Source of the DNA: Acidobacteriota bacterium
Lineage (GTDB): Bacteria > Acidobacteriota > UBA6911 > RPQK01 > JAJDTT01
Direction of reading: 5' to 3'
DNA: 64,000 bases
NCBI GenBank assembly: GCA_965217775.1
Contig: CBDCJH010000002.1
Location: 1,696,001-1,760,000, forward strand
The notes under the pieces are model-generated. The model was not told where the DNA came from and did not search any database. It saw only the letters and a list, made by a program, of their open reading frames with translations. Within the stretch, counting starts at the first letter, position 1. Each line of letters opens with the position of its first letter. Positions 52,292-60,567 of this stretch are shown one piece after another. The position numbers and the translations under genes are program-made.

Positions 52292-53329
52292 TCAGGCGTA
52301 ATGATCCCGGCACCAGTCCTTGACCGCCCGCGGAATCTCGATGAGGTTTTCCAGTTTGGTCGCCAGGGGAATGGCACACTCTGGGGAAATCATATCGACG
52401 CCCGCCGCCATGCATTCGTTGACGGCCGCTCGGACCTCCTCCGGCCCTCGGCTATAGAGGAGTTCCGGGTTGTTCAGATTCCCCACCAGGCGGATCCGCC
52501 CGGAAGCGATCTTCATGGCTTCGGCAGGGTTGTTCTTGGAATCGAAGTGGAAGCAGGCCATCCCGGACTGCGCGATGTAGTCGAGGCGGTCCAGCGTCTG
52601 GCCGCAGATATGGAGAATGAGGGGACACGGGATTCGCTCCCGCATCTCCTTGTGGATCTCCAACAGGAACCTGCGGTAGTACTCACCGCTCACCAGATCG
52701 CCGGTGGCATGGTCCGGAAAGGTGAGGGCGTCGGCGCCCGCTTCGATCTGGGCGAGGGAAAACGCAACCGAGATTTCCTTGAGCCGATCCAGGCAGAGCT
52801 TGGTCATCCCCGGATCATCGATGCTCATGAGCAGAAACTTCTCCACGCCGAAGACGTGATAGGCCAGCGTCCAAGGCCCCATGGCTTTGCCGATGACGGC
52901 GACCTCGTCTCCATATTCCTTTTTCAGGATACGCAGCGCGTCCAGGACGCAGACGTTGTCCGGATGGGTCAGAAAATCCTTCGGCATATGGATGTCGTCC
53001 GGCCCCGACCAGATCGGGTTGTTCATCCGTACCGTGGGCCAGTTGTCCTTGATCTCCCACTGCATGTCACATCCCAGGGCGGAAGACTCCTGGATGATGG
53101 TGAAGACCGGCATGATGCAGTCGAAGCCCAACTGGGTGTATCCCGTTGCCGCCAAGCGCGCGTTGAGCTCGGCGTCACGGCACGCGTCCGGAAACGGAGC
53201 GTCCACCATGTCCATGAGTTCCACGGTGGCGATATTGGTCGGATTGCAGACCGGGGGCCGATCCACCGGCTTGCCGGCCAGCGCGTTCATCACTCGCTCT
53301 CTGGGGGTCATGGTCTCCACGAATGGCAT
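52292..53329 (-). CDS. MtaA/CmuA-family (UroD-fold) Zn methyltransferase
   Basis: MTPRERV...VDRPPV, GPWTLA, EAGAD, Zn ligands HICG and PECAI, GNL. Confidence 0.88.
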   Translation of the reverse strand: MPFVETMTPRERVMNALAGKPVDRPPVCNPTNIATVELMDMVDAPFPDACRDAELNARLAATGYTQLGFDCIMPVFTIIQESSALGCDMQWEIKDNWPTVRMNNPIWSGPDDIHMPKDFLTHPDNVCVLDALRILKKEYGDEVAVIGKAMGPWTLAYHVFGVEKFLLMSIDDPGMTKLCLDRLKEISVAFSLAQIEAGADALTFPDHATGDLVSGEYYRRFLLEIHKEMRERIPCPLILHICGQTLDRLDYIAQSGMACFHFDSKNNPAEAMKIASGRIRLVGNLNNPELLYSRGPEEVRAAVNECMAAGVDMISPECAIPLATKLENLIEIPRAVKDWCRDHYA

Positions 53330-53347
53330 TCCATCTGCTCCTTGGGA

Positions 53348-54022
53348 TCAGAGAGGGCTGAAGCCCGCGGTTCCGGTGGTGAGCTGACCTCTTTGGGCCG
53401 AACTCTCCAACATGTTCTCCACGGCGCTGATGTTGCGGGAGAATGGGAACAGGAGCCGGACCAACGGCTCGTGACGGTGTCCACAGTTGAAGGAGACACC
53501 GAGGTTTCCCGCCTGCTCCATCTCGCCGTACTTTCGAAAGCCCATGGTAATGGCACGCAGGCGAAAAGGAGCGTTACGCGCCTCGCCCTGAGCCGAGACC
53601 TGGTAGACCCAACGATTCTCGGAGTGGTGAGGCGTGAGCTTCAAAGTCAATGGACTGCGCGTATCCCGAAGCACCATCTCTCCCGTGGGATGAGAAAAAT
53701 TCGGATCCTTTTCCACCGCCTGCGGCATCAGAAACTTGAGCGGTCTCGAATGAAGTACTCCACAGGGAAATCGAACCTGGTTCCTGCTACCCTCCACCGC
53801 AACCAAGCCACCCAAATTGCAAAGTTGGTCTCGGATTCTCTCGATCCGGTCCTCGACCCCCGCCTTCTTGCTGTAGGTCCAGACGGTCAAAAGGCCGTCT
53901 TTCTCGTAGAGACCGATAGTGATGTCGTGGAAATGCGGGTCCATGGAAACCAGTTCGACGCAGCGCCCGTAGCGCTCGATCATCTCCTCCACCTGGGAAA
54001 GCTGACCTTCCCTACCCTTCAT
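53348..54022 (-). CDS. Hypothetical protein with a duplicated FxCGxxH motif (224 aa)
   Basis: ATGA overlap with the upstream gene; motifs VRFPCGVLH and VSFNCGHRH. Confidence 0.75.
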   Translation of the reverse strand: MKGREGQLSQVEEMIERYGRCVELVSMDPHFHDITIGLYEKDGLLTVWTYSKKAGVEDRIERIRDQLCNLGGLVAVEGSRNQVRFPCGVLHSRPLKFLMPQAVEKDPNFSHPTGEMVLRDTRSPLTLKLTPHHSENRWVYQVSAQGEARNAPFRLRAITMGFRKYGEMEQAGNLGVSFNCGHRHEPLVRLLFPFSRNISAVENMLESSAQRGQLTTGTAGFSPL

Positions 54023-54396
54023 GGCGAATTGCTCCCGGATGTTGAAGGGACCGGATCGTCACCGATCCAGCGCTCAAGCGCGCCGGGCCGCTCATCCCGC
54101 TGACCGGCACGATGGAGCCGGCAAATTCGGGCCGCCAAGTCTTCAGGGAGTCCATGATTGAATCGTCCCGCCCAAGCTTGGGCGAGCTGGCGTGGATCTC
54201 CCGAGTCCCGACCCTGATCCACCCACTCCCAACCCTCCAAATAAGCATCGCTCCCCATGCTCCCTTCGAACATGGCGACGGCGTCCACCGCTTCCTGGAA
54301 CCGGTGGTCCAGCGGTTCCGAAACTCGATCGCCACCGGATTCGACCTGGACCTGGACGGGGATCTCTTTCCAGTAGAGGACTCTGATATTGGCCAC
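54019..54396 (-). CDS. Small protein resembling the so-called virulence factor family (PF13769)
   Basis: VLYWKEIPVQVQV...RFQEAVDAVAM...DAYLEGW; GGGAG before GTG 54396; family recognised from memory. Confidence 0.75.
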   Translation of the reverse strand: MANIRVLYWKEIPVQVQVESGGDRVSEPLDHRFQEAVDAVAMFEGSMGSDAYLEGWEWVDQGRDSGDPRQLAQAWAGRFNHGLPEDLAARICRLHRAGQRDERPGALERWIGDDPVPSTSGSNSP

Positions 54397-54435
54397 GATT
54401 TGGGCTCCCACAAGAGGCAATCCAGCCTGGACTAG

Positions 54436-54594
54436 GAGTCTGCGCGGTAGGAATGATCGTAGCGAGAAAGCGGGGAATCGAGGCCAGATTTTCTCGATTT
54501 TGAGGCGCATAGTCGTTCTATTCGCCGAGAAATCGGGGAAATATGGACCGATTCTACCGCTTTCGCAGTAGATCAATTTCTGCCGCGCAGGCTC
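54436..54594 (-). mobile_element. MITE family B, copy 2 (159 bp)
   Basis: Reverse complement of 14335-14492 with a few changes; CTAG duplicated on both sides. Confidence 0.88.
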
Positions 54595-54836
54595 CTAGCG
54601 TCAGAACCGGATCTACGGGACGTCTCCCCTGCCAAGTCGGTCTCGGCGGCCATTTCTCGGGGGCGGAGGTGACCTTCTCCGTCCCACGGACAAGTCAGGC
54701 TACACCAGCGTGGACACCCTGTAAAGCCCGCCGGCCCCGGGTACTCCCGGCCCTGTGGCTGGCGCCGGCCGGGCTTTTCACCGGCTCCGATACACCTTTC
54801 TTGACTTGGTCCGAGCCACTTCCGCAAAATGTGGTC

Positions 54837-55694
54837 ATGGATGTCTACGAGGAGATTGTCCGGCTCCGGCGCGAAGGACGTTCGGGCGCAGTGGCCACCA
54901 TCGTCCGGCGAATTGGGAGCACTCCCCGGAAAGACCACGCCAAGATGCTGGTCCGCCAGGATGGAAGCTTTGTGGGCACCGTCGGCGGCGGCTGTGTCGA
55001 AGCCGAAGTCTGGCGCCATGCGAACCAGGTCATGGAATCGGGCCGGGCCGCACTGGTCAAATACAAATTGACCCAGGAAGATACGGAAAACGAGGGCCTG
55101 GTCTGCGGCGGTACCGTGGAGATCTTCATCGAGCCCGTGATTCCCGAGCCCACGTTGATTCTGATGGGAGCCGGACACTTGGGACAGGCCATCGCCGCGG
55201 CTGCCGACAAGGTCGATTTTCAGGTCGTCGTCCTGGATGACCGGGAGGCCTTCGCCAATCGCCAGCGATTTCCCCGCGCCCGGGAAGTGATCGTAGACTC
55301 CTTCCGGACGGGTCTCTCCCAGACATCGGTGACGGTCAACACCTTCATCCTGGTCATCACTCGGGGTCACAGCCATGACCACGCCGCACTGGAAAAGGCG
55401 ATTCAGACCGAGGCCCGATACGTGGGACTGGTGGGCAGTCGCCGAAAGATCCAGTTGATCGTCGACAACCTTCTGCAACAGGGATATCCGCCCGACCTGT
55501 TCGAGAACCTCTACGCTCCCATTGGACTGGCCATCGGATCCGAGACTCCGGAAGAGATCGCCATCAGCGTCGTCGGTGAACTGATCGCCATCCGCAAGGG
55601 CGTGCATGAGCGGAACCGCAAACAACTTTTCGTTCGGAAAATCCTGGAGCGGGCAAGAACAAAGCAAGCTCCAGCCCAGGTTGCCGCCGGCTAA
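54837..55694 (+). CDS. xdhC: XdhC/CoxI family molybdoenzyme maturation factor
   Basis: GSTPR, GTVGGGCVE, GLVCGG, TRGHSHD, APIGLAIGSETPEEIAIS. Confidence 0.9.
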   Translation: MDVYEEIVRLRREGRSGAVATIVRRIGSTPRKDHAKMLVRQDGSFVGTVGGGCVEAEVWRHANQVMESGRAALVKYKLTQEDTENEGLVCGGTVEIFIEPVIPEPTLILMGAGHLGQAIAAAADKVDFQVVVLDDREAFANRQRFPRAREVIVDSFRTGLSQTSVTVNTFILVITRGHSHDHAALEKAIQTEARYVGLVGSRRKIQLIVDNLLQQGYPPDLFENLYAPIGLAIGSETPEEIAISVVGELIAIRKGVHERNRKQLFVRKILERARTKQAPAQVAAG

Positions 55695-55743
55695 CCGGAA
55701 AAATCCGACCGATCCCCAATCCGGATTCGGATCGAAGTACCGG

Positions 55744-56412
55744 CTACGCTGAATCGAGTTCCCCTGCCAGTAAGCGGAGGATCTCTTCGTCCATCGCGCC
55801 CTTCCTGACGATCCGGGGCGGCTTCCCGCACAGATCCAAGACGGTGGAAGGCACCGATCCGGGAAGCGGTCCCGCGTCCAAGAAAAGGTCGACTTTCCGG
55901 CCGAAGAGGTCTTCCATCCGTGACCTGGATTCCGGAGCCGGCTGCCCCGCCAGATTGGCGCTGGTGGAGACGATGGGAGCGGCGAAGCGTTCCAGCCAGA
56001 GTCGGAGGAAAGGCAGGCTGGGGTACCGCAACCCGACCTTGCCCTGGTTTCCGGTGATGGCCGCCGGGAGCGAAGGCGCCGCCGGAACCAGGAAGGTGAC
56101 GGGCCCAGGCCAGAGCCGGGCCGCCAGCCGGTGGAACTGCCGAGGTAACCGCTGGGACAGTTTTCCGGCTGATTTCAGATCCGGAATCAGGAGCAACAGA
56201 CCCTTGTCCGCGGCCCGCCGCTTCAGTTGCAGAATCCTCTCGAGGGCGGGCTCGCAAAAGCCATGGCACCCGAATCCGTATACGGTATCCGTGGGATAGA
56301 GGATGACTTCCCCTCGATCGAGCGCCCGGGACGCCGCCTCGAGGACGCCCGGGTCGGGCCGATCCGGATCGACAGCCAGCCTTCGTCTCCAACCTCTCTC
56401 AGCGTTCTCCAT
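55744..56412 (-). CDS. tsaC: L-threonylcarbamoyladenylate synthase (Sua5/YrdC)
   Basis: YPTDTVYG, KRR, WPGPVT, STSANLAG; alternative start 56427. Confidence 0.88.
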   Translation of the reverse strand: MENAERGWRRRLAVDPDRPDPGVLEAASRALDRGEVILYPTDTVYGFGCHGFCEPALERILQLKRRAADKGLLLLIPDLKSAGKLSQRLPRQFHRLAARLWPGPVTFLVPAAPSLPAAITGNQGKVGLRYPSLPFLRLWLERFAAPIVSTSANLAGQPAPESRSRMEDLFGRKVDLFLDAGPLPGSVPSTVLDLCGKPPRIVRKGAMDEEILRLLAGELDSA

Positions 56413-56482
56413 CTGCTCCCGTTCCATTCCGGCTCGTCGGGGCGGGGACGGCCTTCATCGCGGGCTGGTAGAATATCATCAG

Positions 56483-57256
56483 GTGTCCGCTTCTCCGGAG
56501 GTGATCCGAAGCCGGTCGAACAAACGCTTTCAACGGCTGCGTCTGCTGGTGGCCGGTTGCGCCTCTTCCGATTGTCCCTGGGTCATGGTTGAGGGTTGGA
56601 AACAGGTTTCGGATCTTTCCAGGACTCTCGAAATAGAAGTTCTTCTCTACTCTCAGGACGGCGATGCCCGACTCTCCCAGTTGAGGCGACGGAGCCGCCA
56701 ATATCTCCAGCTTTCCAAGCCTTTGTTCAAATCGCTCTCCAGTGTGGAGAATCCCCAGGGAGTTGCCGCATTCTTTCCGAAGCGGAAATGGAATTGGTCC
56801 GATCTGGGTCCTTATATCCTCTACGCCCACGAGATCCAGGACCCGGGCAACCTGGGAACGCTGTTGAGAACGGCAGAGTCGACAGGTCAGTTCACCCTGG
56901 TGACTTCTCCGGGTTGCGCCTCCTGCTACGGTTCCAAGACGGTTCGGGCGTCGGTGGGAGCGGCCTTGCGCCTACCGCTGCTGGAGAGGATACCGTGGAC
57001 GTCTCTCAGATCGAGAGGCTACCAGTTGTGGGCCACAACGCATCTGGGCGGAACCTCCCTGTTCCAGGCCAGATTCCGTCCTCCTCTGGCGGTGCTGGTC
57101 GGGAACGAGGGCAAGGGACTTCCGAGCCGAATCCTGGAAGAAGCGGACCATCAGTTGCACATCCCCATGGGAATCGGTGAGGGGAGCCTCAACGCGGCCG
57201 TCGCCGGCTCGCTCGCCCTCTACGAGGTCTTTCGGAGGGAACCTGGACATGAGTAG
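56483..57256 (+). CDS. TrmH-family (SPOUT) RNA methyltransferase
   Basis: QDPGNLGTLLRTA, GNEGKG, SLNAAVA. Confidence 0.88.
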   Translation: MSASPEVIRSRSNKRFQRLRLLVAGCASSDCPWVMVEGWKQVSDLSRTLEIEVLLYSQDGDARLSQLRRRSRQYLQLSKPLFKSLSSVENPQGVAAFFPKRKWNWSDLGPYILYAHEIQDPGNLGTLLRTAESTGQFTLVTSPGCASCYGSKTVRASVGAALRLPLLERIPWTSLRSRGYQLWATTHLGGTSLFQARFRPPLAVLVGNEGKGLPSRILEEADHQLHIPMGIGEGSLNAAVAGSLALYEVFRREPGHE

Positions 57257-58595
57257 GAGCCTGTTCCCCGGCATGTCCTCCGTAACGGAAGAGCAGGGCC
57301 CGCAGGCACCCCTTGCCGATCGAATGCGTCCCCTTACCCTGGAACAGGTCGTCGGCCAGGAACATCTTCTGGGTCCTGGAAAAATCCTTCAGGAAATAGC
57401 GGCTTCCGGTGAGATTCCTTCCCTGTTGCTCTGGGGCCCCCCGGGAGTGGGCAAAACGACCTTGGCGCACCTGATGGCTCACAAGGGGAGCTGCCATTTC
57501 ATCTCCATCAGCGCGGTGCTGGCGGGGGTCAAGGAAGTCAAACGGATAGTGCAGGAAGCACGCACCGAGTGGCGCCTCCGGCAACGCCGCACCGTTCTGT
57601 TCGTAGACGAGATTCATCGCTTCAACAAGGCTCAACAAGATGCTTTCCTTCCCCATGTCGAGAATGGAACTCTGATTCTGGTGGGCGCCACCACTGAGAA
57701 TCCTTCCTTCGAGGTCATCCCTCCGCTGCTCTCCCGCAGCCGGGTCCTGGTGCTCAAGACTCTGGATGAATCGCATTTGCTGACGTTGCTCCGGCGAGCG
57801 CTCAAGGAGGACAAAGGACTGGGCCGCTGGAAGCTGCGGGTGGAGGAGGGTTGCCTTGAGACGATCGCCGGGTTCGCCGATGGAGATGCGCGGATCGCGC
57901 TCAATTCGCTGGAACTGGCAGCTCAACTGGTACGCCGGTCCCAACCGGGAGATGCGGTCATCACCCGTGAGATTGTGAGGGAAGCACTGCAGACCCGGAC
58001 TCTCCGTTACGACAAGTCAGGCGAGGAGCACTACAACCTGATTTCGGCTCTTCACAAGTCCCTGCGCAACAGCGACCCCGACGCGTCCCTCTACTGGATG
58101 GGAAGGATGTTGGAAGCGGGGGAAGATCCCCTCTATATCGCCCGGCGGATGGTCCGTTTTGCCTCCGAGGACATCGGCTTGGCCGACCCGGACGCGCTCG
58201 GGCGCGCCATCGACGCCATGCAGGCCGTTCATTTCATCGGCCTTCCCGAGGGAAAGCTGGCATTGGCCCAGTTGGCCGTCTATCTGGCGCAGGCTCCCAA
58301 GTCGAACCGGATCTACGAGGCCTACTCGCGGGTCGAGAAGGACGTTACCAGCACCCGCAACCAACCCGTCCCCCTGCACTTGAGGAACGCTCCCACCAGC
58401 CTGATGAAGGAACTCGGTTACGGCCGGAACTATCGTTACGCCCACAACGAACCGGACCGAGTGGCCGATATGGATTGCCTGCCTTCCAATCTGGCCGGGC
58501 GAAGCTACTATGAGCCGAGCGGCGAGGGATTCGAGCGCGAGCTTCAGGCCCGGCTGGATTTCGTCAAGCAGGTGAAGAAACGCAGTCGCAAATAG
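57249..58595 (+). CDS. rarA: Replication-associated recombination protein A
   Basis: PLADRMRP, GPPGVGKTT, DEIHRFNKAQQD, ISALHKS, ASEDIG, VPLHLRNAPT. Confidence 0.95.
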   Translation: MSRSLFPGMSSVTEEQGPQAPLADRMRPLTLEQVVGQEHLLGPGKILQEIAASGEIPSLLLWGPPGVGKTTLAHLMAHKGSCHFISISAVLAGVKEVKRIVQEARTEWRLRQRRTVLFVDEIHRFNKAQQDAFLPHVENGTLILVGATTENPSFEVIPPLLSRSRVLVLKTLDESHLLTLLRRALKEDKGLGRWKLRVEEGCLETIAGFADGDARIALNSLELAAQLVRRSQPGDAVITREIVREALQTRTLRYDKSGEEHYNLISALHKSLRNSDPDASLYWMGRMLEAGEDPLYIARRMVRFASEDIGLADPDALGRAIDAMQAVHFIGLPEGKLALAQLAVYLAQAPKSNRIYEAYSRVEKDVTSTRNQPVPLHLRNAPTSLMKELGYGRNYRYAHNEPDRVADMDCLPSNLAGRSYYEPSGEGFERELQARLDFVKQVKKRSRK

Positions 58596-58650
58596 GGAAC
58601 ACGCTGCTGAGTGTCCGATTTCCCGGCCGCCGATTTCGATCGACCGTTAC

Positions 58651-58808
58651 CAGCCCGTGGCAAAAGTCGTCACGGCATTCGACCGTCCCTGCATCCCGGC
58701 GGACTGCGTTGCTATCGGCTCACATACTCCCGGTATGCTCCCGAATCGCGCCTTGTCCGGCGGGCGCAGGAACGGTCTCGGTGCTCGCGAGACTTTCACC
58801 ACGGACTG
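58651..58808 (-). mobile_element. MITE family A, copy 3 (158 bp)
   Basis: Inverted copy of 13325-13482; TTAC duplicated on both sides; between convergent rarA and dacB. Confidence 0.88.
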
Positions 58809-58829
58809 TTACGGCATCTTTCGGCCGAA

Positions 58830-60485
58830 TCACTGGGGAGACGAAGGAGACGGACCGGTCCTGGGCGCGGCGGCCAACACCTGGAGAAACTCTTCCTGGA
58901 GTGATTCCAGTTCCGCCTCGTCACCCCTGAGATGATTGGCCAACATGACAAAGGCCAGAGTTTCGCCATGAACCGTCTCCAGAAACCCCGATAACCCCCG
59001 GACTCCCTCCATGGACCCGGTCTTGGCCTGGACCCGGCCCTTCAGACCGGGGGCCTTCATACGCCGGCGGAGAGTGCCGTCGACTCCCGCCGCCGGCAGC
59101 CATTGCCGAAAGGCCGGCCCATAGGATTGCCGGTGCACATGTTCCAGGAGTTTCACCAGGGCGGCGGCTGAGATCAAGTTGTGACGAGAGAGGCCGGAAC
59201 CGTCCGCCAGCAGGAAGCTGTCCGCCTCCAGACCGACGCGATGGGTGAGGACCGACTCCATCCGGGTGAGGCCCTCCTGGACTCGCTTTCCTCTCGGGGC
59301 CGGGTCCAACATCCGCAGGAGCGTTTCTCCATAGAGATTTTGGCTGATTTTAAGGAAGACACGCAGAACTTGGGCAAGGGGCGGAGAGTCGTGAGAAAAG
59401 AGCTCCGTCCTGGATTCGCCCGGAACCGCGTGGCCATTCCCGCCCTCCCGGACGCCCATCAGTTCCAGGTCGCTGGAGCTCAGGAACTCGGCGAAGGCGC
59501 TGATGAAGTATGCGGTTGGGTCCCGGACCGCGACGCCGAGCCAGACCGGCTTCTGCGAGGGTTCCACGGCGCCCGCCAAGATGACTTCCGCTTCCAGACT
59601 GGGCCATTTCAACTCCAGTTCTTGATACGGACCGGTCCGGATCTGGTTTCTCCAGCGGATCAGTGGCGTTCTCGGCCGCCACAGGAGGTGGGCAAGAGCC
59701 CCCAGGTGAGTCGGCGAAACCTGGACCAGGGCGACGCCCTCGTTGAACTGCAGGCCGCTGGGGGAGGCTCCGTAGCCGTAGACCAGATCGTCCCAAGCCC
59801 ACCCCCGGCCGGGGCCTTCCGTCTCCAGCAGGCTGTCGTCCGCCAACAGCCTTCCCCGGATTCGTTGAATTTCCAACGTCTGAAGATTCGCTCTCCACTG
59901 CCGGAACACGGCCAGGGGATCCCCCTCCTCCATCTTCTCCGGATCGGGGCTGTTGAAGCGTGCGCCAAGGGTCGGGTCTCCGCCTCCCTGGATGATGAGG
60001 TTTCCCTCCAAGGTCCCGTCCTCGATACGGCCATCGGTCAGGACCCGAGTCGTGAACCGGAAGTCCAGCCCCAGGTCTTCGATGGCCGCGACGGCGGTCA
60101 GCAGCTTCAGATTCGAGGCGGGTACCAGACGCTTGTGGGGATTCTCGGCAAACAGAATCTTCCCGGTGTCCATGGACTGGACCTGGATTCCCCAAGAGGA
60201 CCGAACCAGGACGGGAGCCGCCAGAACCTGTCCAAGTCGATCCTCCAGGCGCGGATTCTCAGGTCCTTCAGTGGCGGGAGAACCGATCTGCGAGGCCGAA
60301 GTCGCGCCGCCATAGGCCTGCGGACAACTGAGGAAGAGCAATCCACAGAGCGTGCGCACCAGGCTGATAAACCGGTCCTTGGGCACAGGGCAGAGAGTAC
60401 GTCCGTCATAGTCTTCGTGGCAACCCGCGGCAGTCTGGCGGCTCCCCGCTCCTGGCCCGCATTTTTCGTCCGAATCGCCGGCCAT
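58830..60485 (-). CDS. dacB: D-Ala-D-Ala carboxypeptidase/endopeptidase (PBP4, family S13)
   Basis: PASNLK (SxxK), SQN, KTG, DGSGLSR; start uncertain. Confidence 0.9.
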   Translation of the reverse strand: MAGDSDEKCGPGAGSRQTAAGCHEDYDGRTLCPVPKDRFISLVRTLCGLLFLSCPQAYGGATSASQIGSPATEGPENPRLEDRLGQVLAAPVLVRSSWGIQVQSMDTGKILFAENPHKRLVPASNLKLLTAVAAIEDLGLDFRFTTRVLTDGRIEDGTLEGNLIIQGGGDPTLGARFNSPDPEKMEEGDPLAVFRQWRANLQTLEIQRIRGRLLADDSLLETEGPGRGWAWDDLVYGYGASPSGLQFNEGVALVQVSPTHLGALAHLLWRPRTPLIRWRNQIRTGPYQELELKWPSLEAEVILAGAVEPSQKPVWLGVAVRDPTAYFISAFAEFLSSSDLELMGVREGGNGHAVPGESRTELFSHDSPPLAQVLRVFLKISQNLYGETLLRMLDPAPRGKRVQEGLTRMESVLTHRVGLEADSFLLADGSGLSRHNLISAAALVKLLEHVHRQSYGPAFRQWLPAAGVDGTLRRRMKAPGLKGRVQAKTGSMEGVRGLSGFLETVHGETLAFVMLANHLRGDEAELESLQEEFLQVLAAAPRTGPSPSSPQ

Positions 60486-60567
60486 ATGGCGAAAAAGAAG
60501 TCATCCTCAGAGGCTTCGGGGTTTATTATGGAAGCCTCTCGGGTCCAGACTCTGACGGAATGAATCG

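Noticed and set aside
46893-54396. Pyrrolysine or selenocysteine readthrough in the methyltransferase cluster
   Set aside because: The recognisable domains are complete before their stop codons, and no MttB/MtbB/MtmB fragments or pyl/sel genes are present.
54397-54576. N-terminal extensions of ORFs 54019-54576, 54543-55694 and 13470-14261
   Set aside because: They run through MITE or intergenic sequence; better starts exist at 54396, 54837 and 13572.
54397-54836. Cobalamin riboswitch upstream of the B12 cluster
   Set aside because: No B12-box or GGGAA / GCCCCCGC-ACTGT core was found by eye; 159 bp of the region is a MITE.
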